A DNA stretch of 64,000 nucleotides from Octopus vulgaris. Taxonomy: Eukaryota. Below, one piece after another: positions 1-11,988 of the stretch. Position 1 is the first letter of the stretch. The number at the start of each line of letters is the position of its first letter. The stretch is from assembly GCA_951406725.2 (NCBI GenBank), contig OX597821.1, positions 5,642,001 to 5,706,000 of the forward strand, in the 5' to 3' direction. Below the pieces are notes generated by a model. The model had not been told where the DNA came from. It was given only the letters and a program-made list of their open reading frames with translations, and did no database searches. A program made the position numbers and the translations under genes.

Positions 1-139
1 TCTGTTTTACGAATTCACTGTGCACATGCGCATTGCGTGTTCATACTTCTTTTTCCTATTCCTACTCAAAACTGTTTCTAGATTACAACCATCTGATGTT
101 CGTGAGGAAGGTTTCGCTCTCCGATGGTTGTGAAATAAA

Positions 140-480
140 AATACGCGCAACGTGGCTGTGTGGTAAGAAGATTGCTTCCCAACCACATGGTTCTGGGTTC
201 AATTCCACAACATGAAACCATGGGTGAGAATCTTCTACTACCGCCACGAATCAACATATGTGTGTATGTGTGTGCTTTTGTATTTGTGCTTGTTCCCAAA
301 ACCGTTTGGCAACCGGTGTTGGTTAGTTTACGTTTCCGAAATGTAGCGGTTAGGCAAAAAGAGATCGCTAAATAAAGTATCAGGCTTTATAGAAGAAAAC
401 AATAGGCATTGTGCTCGATTTGTCCGACTAAGCCCTTCCAGTCTGTGCCGTTGCATGACCGTAGCCAATGGCTCGACATA
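140..480 (+). mobile_element. tRNA-derived SINE family A, degenerate copy
   Basis: Head GTGGCTGTGTGGTAAGAAG...GGGTTCAATTCC (A/B boxes) and body homologous to the intact copies at 8357 and 59905. Confidence 0.7.
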
Positions 481-590
481 CAAATCAAGACCTGATTGCT
501 GATGCATGATAGTAACGGTACCAAAACTTTCACGGGAAAATCTACCTGAGTCTAATTAACCTAGGAAAAAAAGAAGACTCAAGCTCCTAA

Positions 591-807
591 TATTGGTTTC
601 ACATTTAGGTACAATGCCAGCAATTTCGGAGGAGGGGGTTAGTCGATTAAATCGACCCCAGTACGCTACTGGTACTTATTTTATCGAGTCCGAAAGAATG
701 AAAGGCAAAGTCGACCTCGGCGGCATTTGAACTCAGAACGTGAAGATGGGCGAAATGTCGCTAAGCATGAACCCGCTGTACAAACGATTCTGCGACCTCA
801 CCGCCTT
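591..807 (-). mobile_element. tRNA-derived SINE family B
   Basis: Reverse complement of the family B body GAGTTCAAATnCCGCCGAGGTCGACTTTGCCTTTCAT...AAGTACCAG...CTGGGGTCGAT seen in more than 12 copies in the window. Confidence 0.8.
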
Positions 808-823
808 GCAAACTCTAAAAAAA

Positions 824-1045
824 GTTGATTTCAAATTTTGGTACAAGACCAATAATTTCGGCGGCAGAGACAAGTCAATTAAATCGACGCTAGTACTGAA
901 CAGCTATTTATTTTATCGACCCCGAAAGGATGAAAGATAAGATAAAGTCGACCTCCGTGGAATTTGAACTCAGAACGTAAAGACGGACGAAATGCTGTTA
1001 AGCATTTTACCCGACGTGCAAACGATTCCGCCAGCTCACCGACTT
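824..1045 (-). mobile_element. tRNA-derived SINE family B (tandem with previous copy)
   Basis: Same motifs: ATCGACCCCGAAAGGATGAAAG, GTCGACCTC, AATTTGAACTCAGAACG, GATTCCGCCAGCTC. Confidence 0.8.
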
Positions 1046-1072
1046 GCAACCTCCAAATGTTATAACATTTAC

Positions 1073-1429
1073 CAGTGACTCTCATATGCTCTTTGAGGAT
1101 CCATATAAAATTTCTGGGAGTACACGTAAGCAAGATAATACATTGGGGAGCCACAGTAGCGTATTAAGACTCCATCAACAGATTTTGTAACAGAAGTTGT
1201 TATGTATTGCAAGAAACAGGTTTCTTTACCGTTTTATAAAATTCAACATGTTTCCAGCGGGAGAGTTCTGTTGCAAACTTGCACAAGTGAATGGGTGAAG
1301 AACAAAATAAGAATTTTGAAAGAAATATCTATAAAACTAGTTTTTAAACGTCGAATGGCTACGGGGCTCCACCTGAATGGAATAGTAATCAAGCGGGGTC
1401 CATAGGCAAAAAATGGTCGAGAACCACAG
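1073..1429. mobile_element. hAT-type MITE, degenerate
   Basis: Ends CAGTGACTCTCA and TGGTCGAGAACCACAG resemble CAGTGGTTCTCAA hAT TIRs; shares TCCATATAAAATTT and TTTTAAACGTCGAATGGCTA...CCATAGG with the copy at 37693-38484. Confidence 0.55.
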
Positions 1430-1601
1430 CTCCATACAAAACTTGAAAATGAGAAGTTTAGAAAAGTCAGATATGGATTTAGGAATTCTACTGTTCCAAA
1501 CAAACTGCAAAAAAGCTAATAAGAAATTATGAAAAAAATAAAATAAAATCAATGACTCTTGAGCATATATGGTGATATTTAATGAAACGTGCATTTATAT
1601 G

Positions 1602-1873
<272 letters not shown>

Positions 1874-2269
1874 TGTAAATAAGATATATTGACATATAGA
1901 TGTGTGTGCATATCTGTCTATATGTCCATCTATTGCGGCTTTCTGCCGAGATGGTCGGTTAATTTCTTTGCTCGTCGACCGAATTCTGTTGTGTTTCTTA
2001 TTTCTCCAGTGTTTGGTGGTTTTCGTAGAGGATTTTTTCAAATCTGATTTTTCACAATAATGCTGGTACCACGTGTGCCCTATTATAATTATATATTAAT
2101 TATACAATTTTGGATTTACCTTTTGTTTGTTGCTTGTTGGCCACCTGTATTATTGTTGTTGTTATTAATTTTTCTGATGATAATAATTAATAGAAATATC
2201 TACATATTTTCGAATATTTATCCATTTAGTAATGTGTGTGTGTGTGTTTCCTACTTACCTGTAGCTCAA

Positions 2270-2614
2270 ATATACTGAGCACTTTGATGTGTCCTATGTA
2301 TAGAGAAAACTTCATTACTTGAAAATATATTATATTCAGGGGAGCACAGCTCTTGAATATCTTTCCTAAATGCTTGAGAGACGAGCACGGTGTGGATATG
2401 GATTTCTTTAAAACTAAACTCGATCTTGTCACGGGTTCCAGATGAACTTACCTCTCGGCAGGAAACAGAGATGCGGGAGGCGGCGTCGAACTCCCTTGTT
2501 GACCAAGTGCCACGTATCAGAGGTGGTTTCACATACTAGTGTAGCACAGTCAACGGTGGTGCCCCAGCATGGCCACAGCTTTCGGGCTGAAACATTTTTA
2601 AGGACTTAAGGATT
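2270..2614 (+). mobile_element. 3' end of a CR1/L2-group LINE (ORF2 C-terminus plus 3' UTR), 5'-truncated
   Basis: Translates FRGAQLLNIFPKCLRDEHGVDMDFFKTKLDL / frameshift / LSRVPDELTSRQETEMREAASNSLVDQVPRIRGGFTY* (stop 2537-2539), resembling the LFN-LP...FK-KLD...SNSL C-terminus of CR1-group ORF2; followed by tail hairpin CAGCTTTCGGGCTG and TAAGGA repeats. Confidence 0.7.
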
Positions 2615-2628
2615 TATATGTATATATT

Positions 2629-2679
<51 letters not shown>

Positions 2680-2689
<10 letters not shown>

Positions 2690-2827
2690 GAGGGCATTAT
2701 TACACATACATGCCACACGCTAAGATGGACATTAGTCATTTCTACCCAAAAATTTTACTAATCATACCCAATGCAATTTTTCCAAAGCGTGTGGCATGTA
2801 TGTGTAATAATGCCCTCTATATATAAA
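2680..2827. repeat. Perfect 42-bp inverted repeat with 64-nt spacer in a (TA)n-flanked insert
   Basis: 2680-2721 TTTATATATAGAGGGCATTATTACACATACATGCCACACGCT is the exact reverse complement of 2786-2827. Confidence 0.9.
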
Positions 2828-2940
2828 TTAATATGTTCAATAAGAAAGAATTATTTTCGAAATTTTTCTCTTATGAGGTTTTTCACGCTATCTACCTGAT
2901 AATTTCTTGTTAAGATTCCTTATTAAGTTATCCTTAATTG

Positions 2941-3017
<77 letters not shown>

Positions 3018-3088
3018 ATATATATATATATGTGTGTGTGTATTATATATATATATGTATGTATATGTGAGCATATATATATATACAG

Positions 3089-3170
<82 letters not shown>

Positions 3171-3204
3171 ATAAAGATATTCATATTCAAACACACTCTC
3201 TGTT

Positions 3205-3389
3205 ACCAACTTTTCCGTCTTCCCCTTCTCTGGATCTTTCCTTTTCCTATGTTTCTGACGAAGAGCTCCGCTCGAAACGTTGAACTCTCCTTCTTCCCTT
3301 CCTTCCTGAGCGTCCAATAATACTACTATATTTGTTCCAGGTCCTCGCGTTGTTGTGTTTTCTCTTTGCGTTTTCACGTTTGGATTAAC

Positions 3390-3390
<1 letters not shown>
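3205..3390 (+). mobile_element. ~200-bp hammerhead-bearing element (Penelope pLTR / retrozyme-like), family H1
   Basis: Homologous to 17668-17877, 19412-19600, 29880-30084 and 51925-52110 (pyrimidine leader, ribozyme, TTCCTGAGC, GTTGTTG-T-rich end); ends in (TA)n. Confidence 0.75.
3251..3285 (+). ncRNA. Minimal type I hammerhead ribozyme
   Basis: GTTT-CTGACGA-A-GAGC-TCC-GCTC-GAAA-CG-TT-GAAC: canonical CUGANGA and GAAA core, 4-bp stems I and II, palindromic AACGTT in place of stem III; predicted cleavage after 3281. Confidence 0.85.
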
Positions 3391-3485
<95 letters not shown>

Positions 3486-3495
3486 TGTATGTATA

Positions 3496-3541
<46 letters not shown>

Positions 3542-4184
3542 TATAGATATATACATGTATATATATATATATGCACATAGACACACACACACACACACAC
3601 ATACACACACACATTACATTGACATTGACACACATGCTCACACATAGAAATACGTATATACATAAGAGCAGATGTAGTTTCTCTAAAGTATAAATCAATA
3701 CTCTGTTTTGCCTCATCCGGTTGGGCAGATGTTAGTGACAAATACTAACAGAACACTGGATACTGCGCTGTGTAGTTAACAAATAACGTAGAAGTAATTC
3801 TCTAATTTAGATGATATTCCTCCAGCTTTTGTAGTTCAGATGACATTCTTCCACCTTCTGTAAGAAAGTTAAATTGAGTTTAGCTGCCAGGGATCTTAGA
3901 AGACATAATATTTCTGACGCATCGTCTTGTCTTCATTATAAAATTGTGTACTGGTGTGTACGACGCATCTGTGTCTAGTTATTTCCTTTTCTGTCTATCT
4001 AATTGTGTCTCTCTATATATTCGTGTTTGTCTGTTTGTGACAATGTATGTGTGTCTATTGGTGGGTGTGATATGGAGTGAAGAGATGCGCGCTACAATAC
4101 TGCTAAATGTAAGATATGATTTGTAATATACATTGTATAGAAAGTTTGTGTGTAATGTAACAGAGTATGTTTGAATATGAATAT

Positions 4185-4229
<45 letters not shown>

Positions 4230-4698
4230 TATGTGTGTGTGTGTGTGTGTCTGTATATATATATATATACACACACACACACATATATTTATACATGCAC
4301 ATATATATACACATATTTGCTTAAATTTATAAATATATGTATATATATACATATATATATACATACATACATGCTTGCCTGCATACATACATACACACAC
4401 ATATATTGTGCAAATGTATATTGTATAAAGAGAGTGGGAGAGAATGGGAGGTAAGAACAAAATCCTTTGCATATAAACAAAAGGTATATAAATTTATATA
4501 TATATGTGTGTGTGTGTGTGTCTGTGCGTGTGAATACACACACACACAAATGCACACAGACTCGCACGCATTGATCTGAAACGCTACCGTATATATAGCT
4601 TATTTCACTATGACACAGCCTTTTCAATACAGTAATTACGTATGCACTGTTTCGTATATATATATAGATAGATACATACATACATATATACATACATA

Positions 4699-4754
<56 letters not shown>

Positions 4755-4889
4755 CTTGCATACATACATATATACATCTTTAAATTATTCGACGTTTCCA
4801 GTGCTTCCAATGTTATGCCAATCAGATCTGCCAGTTTAACTGAAACTCAGTTTATATACATAGTATAACTATAATATCACCAGCCTCTA

Positions 4890-5215
4890 CATACCAACCC
4901 AACACACTCGTCTCTACTCCTTTTGCCACTTATTCTGTGTTCCTCTTATCATTACATCCTACCTTTTCGTTTCCCCACATCTAGAATGTGGAACTCTCTA
5001 GAATTCCCTGTCTTGACATAACTTTCTTTTGTTTTATTTTTTCTCTTTACAGACAACGATTTTTAAAGCAGCTTTCAAGATGAGCATCAATAACATTAAT
5101 CTCACCCGTACAAAGTGGGGACTCACAAACCAACTGATGTCACGTGGAGCTGTCTATTGTGTCTTCAAATCAAAAAATAAAATTAAAATAAATAAAGAAA
5201 AATAAAGAAAAGCAA
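4890..5215 (+). mobile_element. Degenerate LINE 3' end (CR1/Jockey-like)
   Basis: Remnant peptides PTSRMWNSL and AAFKMSINNINL followed by an A-rich tail. Confidence 0.4.
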
Positions 5216-5772
5216 GACAAATGTAAAAATACACAATTTCTTTTGTCTAGCTCCGTACCCAATCTGTTATTAATAATAACACTCTATCAGTTAGATCAAG
5301 TGGTAATCGATGATCGAAACTTTGCTTCTTTTTGTTTTTTATTTATATATTTATCCATTTTTATATTCAGTTGTGATTCAGTTTAGTTTTTCAGCCTTCT
5401 TTCTCAACAATTTTCTATTGTAACCAGCTGCGGGAAGAAGAACTCACCAATTACTCTGAATATTACCAACATAATAATTGTCAAAATGTACTTGATCAAG
5501 TTGATTAATATAAAACCTGCTCGTTCTGTCCCTCACACTCCCTCTCTCTTTCTCTCCTTCTCTCCCTCCCCCTCTCTTTCTCTCTCTTTAGTCCTCCTTC
5601 TTTCTGTCAATGTTCTGTATAGCATCCATGTTAATTATCTTACTCTACATATCATTATACAAAAGAACCAAACAGCTATCAAAAGTGCTTCGTTTTATAC
5701 ATTTATTTACTTATTTATTAGTGTTGGGCGATGATTTAAACCAGACTCTTCTTCATTCCTCCTGTTTTCTTT

Positions 5773-5848
<76 letters not shown>

Positions 5849-6039
5849 TTCATCGTCATCATCCTCTTTTCTACTTTCTACATTCTTCTATGTTCTTCTC
5901 ATTTTCTTCTTCTTCATCTGCTCTACCACTACAACTACTACTGCTACCAATATTGCTGCCGCTGCTGCTACAACTGCTATTACTACTACTACTACAACCA
6001 ATGCAACTACTACTACTACTACTAATAATAATAATAATG

Positions 6040-6102
<63 letters not shown>

Positions 6103-6324
6103 TATTCTTCTCTTTCTTCTCTTCTACCTCCTCTTCTTCATCTTCTTCTATCAGCATCCGTCTTCCTCAGCAATTTTAATTCTTCATTCCTCTTCTTTAC
6201 TACTTCATCATCTTTTTCTTCTCCTCTTTTTTCTACTCCTCCACCACCTCCTTTTCATTCTTCTTCTTCTTCAAGATTCTGCTTCATTCTTCTTCTCTAA
6301 CAATCGCTTTCTACATGTTTCTTT

Positions 6325-6381
<57 letters not shown>

Positions 6382-6400
6382 GTCTTCTTTTTTTTTATCG
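5773..6400. repeat. Compound trinucleotide low-complexity tract: (CAT)n, (ACT)n, (AAT)n, (TTC)n
   Basis: Pure runs at about 5786-5846, 6023-6098 and 6326-6380. Confidence 0.95.
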
Positions 6401-6437
6401 TATCTTTTTCTTCTTTTCGTTCATTTTCCATTATCGT

Positions 6438-6600
6438 CAGAATCATTAGCACCCTCAGCGGCATTTTATCTATTTTTAAACTCTGAGTTCAAATTTCGCC
6501 GAGGTCGAGTTTATTTTTCATTCTTTCGGGGGTGGGTTGATAAAATAAATACCAGTTGAATACTGGGGATGATGATATTGACTTATCCATCCCCGAAAAG
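6438..6600 (+). mobile_element. SINE family B, partial
   Basis: CTGAGTTCAAATTTCGCCGAGGTCGA...TTTCATTCTTTCGGGG...ATACCAGTTGAATACTGGGG. Confidence 0.7.
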
Positions 6601-6701
6601 TAGAAAGGATTATAATTTGTAGTATCCCCCTCTGAGTATGCTCCTCCTGATTCTGACTCTTTTACTCTTTTTCTTCTCTCTTCCTTTCTCTCTCTCTCTC
6701 T

Positions 6702-6767
<66 letters not shown>

Positions 6768-6770
<3 letters not shown>

Positions 6771-6806
6771 AAATTTGAAAAGCTAAATGCGAAACCGGTC
6801 TTTCTT
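6768..6806 (+). ncRNA. Probable degenerate minimal hammerhead ribozyme at the start of a (TA)n-flanked insert (6768-6990)
   Basis: AAGAAA-T-TTGAAAA-GC-TAAAT-GC-GAAA-CCGG-TC-TTTCTT: 6-bp stem I with one extra T, U3:A8-type core, palindromic ACCGGT, GUC site. Confidence 0.45.
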
Positions 6807-7002
6807 TAAAAATTATGTCATTATAAAGGGGGAAAAAAATTTTTTTTTTTTAATTTTCTAATATTCTTCAGACATATTGACGCAAATATATATATTTTTT
6901 AACATTTTAAGCCTTCTGTCGTTTTTTCACTCTTTACTATTTTTTATATATTCACCCACGTGCTTTCACAAACCAACTTTCTTATCTATATATATATATA
7001 TA

Positions 7003-7311
7003 TCGTGGCACTCCGTCGGTTACGAAGACGAGGGTTTCATTTGATCGGATCAACGGAAAAGCCTGTTCATGAAATTAACGTACAAGTGGTTGAGCACTTT
7101 CCACGGATACTTGTACACTTAACGCAGATCTCAGGGTGATTCAGAGTGTGACAAGGGTCATACAAGTACTACTTATTGTGACCAGCTGAGTGTACTGGAG
7201 CAACGTGAAATAAAATGTTTTGCTTAAGGACACGATGCATCGCCGGGAAATGAACTCACGACGTTACGATCGTGAACCGAATGCCCCTAACCACTAAGCT
7301 AGGCGCCTTCA
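7003..7311 (-). mobile_element. tRNA-derived SINE family D
   Basis: Reverse complement of head GAAGGCGCCTAGCTTAGTGGTTAGGG...GTGTCCTTAAGCAAAACATTTTATTTCACGTTGCTCCAGT, as at 62696; different tail. Confidence 0.75.
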
Positions 7312-7443
7312 CATACGCGCCTATAAATGCATATATGTATGTATGCATGTATATCTATATATCTATACGTACGTGCCTATACTTACATAGATGTATGTAT
7401 GCATATATATATATGCGTGTGTGTGTGTATTTATATGTGTGTG

Positions 7444-7770
7444 TGGTGCGGTTGTCGAGGTTTTGTGGGACGATTATTTTTGAAAGCTCGTTCCAGGCCC
7501 TTGGAGTTACAGGAGCAGCAAAGAGGAGGAGGCGTGCTACACGTTCCACCACTGATGTTGCAGGGAAAACCACCAGGTGGCTTTGGATAATGAGAGAAGT
7601 TCATACGTTTCCTGCTTTTGGGATACAATTTCAGGCTTGATTTATTCCGGCTGGGTCAACTGGGCGAGTGAGTTTGATGGTGAAAAAACCGGAACCCCAC
7701 TGAGGCCCCAGAAACATCACTGACGATGCATCCCAGAGTATCTACAAGATGTATCCCAAACCTATAAAGT
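7444..7770 (+). mobile_element. 3' fragment of a HERO/R2-group (RLE) non-LTR retrotransposon
   Basis: Peptides GCRGFVGR and FQALGVTGAAKRRRRATRSTTDVAGKTTRWLWIMR in two frames resemble the EVGCRGF...LG...AEK-SRWLW-KR C-terminus of HERO-clade proteins; followed by a structured 3' UTR. Confidence 0.65.
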
Positions 7771-7926
7771 ACATACCTACATACATACATACATACATAC
7801 ATGCATACATACATGCATGCATACATACATACATACATACATACATGCATACATACATGCATGCATACATACATACATACATACATACATAGATACATAC
7901 ATACATACATACGTACATGCATACAT

Positions 7927-7960
<34 letters not shown>

Positions 7961-8356
7961 GCATACATACATACATACGTACGTACGTACGTACATACAT
8001 ACATACATACATACATACATACATACATACATACATACATACATACATACATACATACATACATACATACATACATACATACATACATACATACATACAT
8101 ACATACATACATACATGCATACATACATTCATACATCCATCCATACATACATACATACATACATACATACATACATACATACATACATACATACATACAT
8201 ACATACGTACGTACGTACATACATACATACACACATACATACATACATACATACATACATACACACATACATACATACATACATACATACATACATACGT
8301 ACGTACGTACATACATACATACATACATAAATGCATACATACATACACACATACAT
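7770..8356. repeat. (TACA)n microsatellite
   Basis: About 590 bp of TACA with TGCA/TACG variants; source of the HTYI/MYVC pseudo-ORFs. Confidence 0.98.
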
Positions 8357-8722
8357 AGGCGCAGGAGTCGCTGTGTGGTAACTTGTTTACCAACCACATG
8401 GTCCCAGGTCCAGTGGCACCTTGGGCACCTTGCGCATGTCTCTTCTACTATAGCCTCAGGCCCACCAAAGCCTTATGAGTGGTTTGGTAGAAGGAAACTG
8501 AAAGAAGCCCGTCGTATATATGTGTGTGTGTGTTTGCTCCCCCACCATCGCTTGACAACGGGTGTTGGTGCCTTTACCTCCCCGTAATTTAACGGTTCGG
8601 CAAAAGAGACCGATAGAATAAGTACTAAACTTACAAAGCATAAGTCCTGGGAACGATTTGTTCGACTACAGGTGGTACTCCAGCATGGCCGCAGTCAAAT
8701 GACTGAAACAGATAAAGAAAAA
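8357..8722 (+). mobile_element. SINE family A, near full length
   Basis: tRNA-like head, CORE-like CACCTTGGGCA segment, internal (TG)n, tail CCAGCATGGCCGCAGTCAAATGACTGAAAC. Confidence 0.85.
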
Positions 8723-8745
8723 CAGATGGAATATGCATATATATA

Positions 8746-8793
<48 letters not shown>

Positions 8794-8845
8794 TATATAT
8801 ACATACACAAACACAGATACATATATATACGTATATTACCTCATA

Positions 8846-9155
8846 GTATATTTTTTGTCACGTAGTGTGTATATTTTATCTAAGAATGTATTTTATAATA
8901 CAATGTATATTTTGTTATACAAGGTGTAATTTGCAACACAGCGTGTATATTTTGCTATACAATGTATATTTAGCTACATACTGCATATATTTTGCCACAG
9001 TGTATGTTTTTGTACAGAGCGTAAGTATTTTACTATACACTACGTATTTTTGTATATAGTGCATATTTTGCAACAAGTCTGTATATATTTCGCCTCACAG
9101 GGTGTATTTTGTTACGCAGTATGTATATTTTCACATATCGTATTTTGTTACAAGT
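8846..9155. repeat. Diverged ~20-bp minisatellite (GTGTATATTTTGCTACACA-like)
   Basis: About 15 imperfect units each containing GTATATTTT(G). Confidence 0.7.
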
Positions 9156-9397
9156 TATAGATTTCACAGATTCCGTCTGATTTACACTGCTAAAACCTGT
9201 AGGTTATAAAGAAACCTGTGAACAAAATCGTCCCAACCGTGACCATTTTGTTTGTTTGTTTTTTTTTGTTTTTGTTCCAACGTACAGAGAACTTTAGATC
9301 AGACTATACATGCATGCTATTCTTACAGTAGTAGGATAAGACATGAGTGACATTTAGTTTCTGTTTCTAGCTGTTGACCAAGTGACCGTGTACACGT

Positions 9398-9878
9398 GTC
9401 AGGAATGGCTGTGTGGTAAGTAGCTTGCTTACCAACCACATGATTCCGGGTTCAGGTCCACTGCGTGGCACCTTGGGCAAGTGTCTTCCACTATAGCTTT
9501 GAGCCAACCAAAGCCTTGTGAGTGAATTTGGTAGACGGAAACTGAACGAAGCCCGTCGTATATATGTATATATATGAATATATATATATATATAAAAATT
9601 TTCTTCGAAAAAAAATTTTGTCAATGGCCAGCATATCAAAAAATACCTTTAAAGGTTAAATTTATAAATAACTTATGAAATAAGGGCAAAAGAAATATTC
9701 TAATGCCAAATATGCCGAAAAAAAGCCAAAATTGTCAATAACCATTATAATTAATGCGTCTCGAAACAAGTTTCGGCTTATTTCGAGACGCATTAATTAT
9801 AATGGTTATTGACAATTTTGGCTTTTTTTCGGCATATTTGGCATTAGAATATTTCTTTTGCCCTTGTTTTATAAGTTT

Positions 9879-9965
<87 letters not shown>

Positions 9966-10155
9966 GTATATGTTTGTATGTCTCTGTTTGTATTCTGTGT
10001 TTATATCCCCGTAACTTAGAGGTTCGGCAAAAGTGACCGATAGAATAAGTACTAGGCTTACAAAATATAAGTTCTGGGGTCCGCCTGCTCGACTAAAGGC
10101 AGTACTCCCGCATGGTCGCAGTCAAATGACTGAAAGAAGTAAAAGAGTAAAAGAG
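9398..10155 (+). mobile_element. SINE family A split by an insertion in its internal (TA)n tract
   Basis: Head 9398-9560 and tail about 9975-10155 flank a 9595-9880 insert containing the long palindrome. Confidence 0.8.
9670..9877. repeat. Near-perfect ~100-bp-arm palindrome closed by a TTCG loop
   Basis: AACTTATGAAATAAGGGC...GCGTCTCGAAACAAGT-TTCG-GCTTATTTCGAGACGC...GCCCTTGTTTTATAAGTT. Confidence 0.92.
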
Positions 10156-10410
10156 TGTCGAATTAAACTCTGTATGTGTGTGTGTGTGTGTGTTTATGAG
10201 TGTGTAAGTATGTTTGAATAAATATCTTAAGGTGCTGTTCATGTGTATGTATGTTAAATTATTATATATGCAAGTATGTTAAAGATCTGCTAGTCTATGA
10301 GTGCGTGAATGTGTATGAATGTACGTGTGTTGAAATATCAAGTGTGTAAAGTGCGAGCGTAAAATATGAGTGTTAAGTTATTCCGTACTGTAAGTGATTA
10401 TGTATGTACG

Positions 10411-10670
10411 TACGTGGTCTGATTAATAAGAATTCGGACTGTTGCCATAGTAATGAAGCTAAAACACGCAGATTAAAGCCGCTTCAAAGAGATTGACCAT
10501 GAACTCTGCTCTGCACGCGCACTAAGTTTTAACCTTCTGGCTCACTTCCGCTGTTTACAGCAGTTCTTGGAAGGAACGTGTGTAGCGTTCGAGCGTTGCA
10601 TTGGCCATGACAGGGAAAGTTGTCAAGGCGATACCTTCTCAGAGACCTGCGCAAAGTTGCAGAAAGTGTA
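10411..10670 (+). mobile_element. 5' fragment of a mariner-family transposon
   Basis: Starts TA-CGTGGTCTGATTAATAAG (mariner-like TIR); ends in a remnant N-terminus MTGKV...SETCAKLQKV. Confidence 0.5.
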
Positions 10671-10784
10671 TGTGAGCATGTAAGTGTGCAAATGTGTATG
10701 AAGATATATATATGTTACAGTATTATGTGTGTGTGTGCGTGCGTGCGTACGCGCATGTGTGTGTGCGTGCGTACGTGCATATGT

Positions 10785-11225
10785 GTGATTATGCGTAAGG
10801 AGTTTGCTTCTCAGCCATATGATTCCGGGTTCAGTGGCACTGCGTGACTCATTGTGCAAATGTCTTCTACTATAGTCTCGAGCCAACCAAAGCCTTGTGA
10901 TTGAATTTAGTAGACGGAAACTGAAAGAAGCCCGTCGTATATATGTGCGTGCATGTGTGCCTCAGTGTATATGTGTGTGTGTTTGTGTGTGTATGTATGT
11001 ATGCGTGCGTGTGATTGTGTGTGTGTTTAAGAGTATCTCTGTGTATGTCTTTGTCCCACACCATCGCCTGACAAACGGTGTTGGTTTGGTTTCTTTTCGT
11101 CCCCGTAACCTAGCGGTTCAGCATAACATGTCAGTTAGAACAAGTACCAGGCTTAAAAAGTAAGTATTTCAGAACTGTGCTCCAGCATGGCCGCAGTCCA
11201 GTGACTGAAGCACGTAAGAGATAAT
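10785..11225 (+). mobile_element. SINE family A
   Basis: GATTCCGGGTTCAGT...ACCAAAGCCTTGTGA...GAAAGAAGCCCGTCG...CCAGCATGGCCGCAGTC. Confidence 0.8.
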
Positions 11226-11937
11226 AAACAAAACATGTGTGTATCGTGAATGTACATATGCATGCATTTAATGATATGTGTGTTAAATTATTGCGAATGT
11301 GTGTGTCTGTATCAATACGCATGTGTGTCTGTATCAATACGCATTATTAGGTGTGAATGTGTGGATTCGTATGTGAATATATGCGATAAAGAATTAAGTA
11401 CATTGAAGTGTTGTGTTAAAGTATGGTGTGTGTGCACCTGCGTCTTCAGAGTATATGTGTGTAAAGATGTGTTTGTATGTGTGTATGTATTGTGTGTGTG
11501 AATATGTGTTAGAGTATTCTGTATATATATATATATGTATGTATGTATGTATTTATGTATGTCTGTCTGTATTCATGTATGTATGTATGTATGTATGTGC
11601 ATGTATGTATGTGTGTATGTGTATGTATGTATGCGTGTATATGTATGCATGTATGTGTGTATGTAAGTATTAGAACATTGTGTATGTGTGTATATATGTA
11701 TGTATGTGCGAATATATGCGTTAAAATATTGTGTATGTATGCATGTATGTATGTATGTATGTATGTACGTATGTATGTATGTATGTATGAATGTATGTAT
11801 AAGAGTGGCGTGTATGTATGCATACGTGTGAGAATATGTGTGTGGTACATTAGTGTGTATGTATGTGTAAATGTGTGTGTTAGAGTAGTGTGTACGTACG
11901 TATGTATAAGTATAGGAACATGTATGCGTTAAAGTAG

Positions 11938-11988
<51 letters not shown>

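Noticed and set aside
3690-3940. Possible CR1-type LINE remnant on the minus strand
   Set aside because: Too degenerate to support a call.
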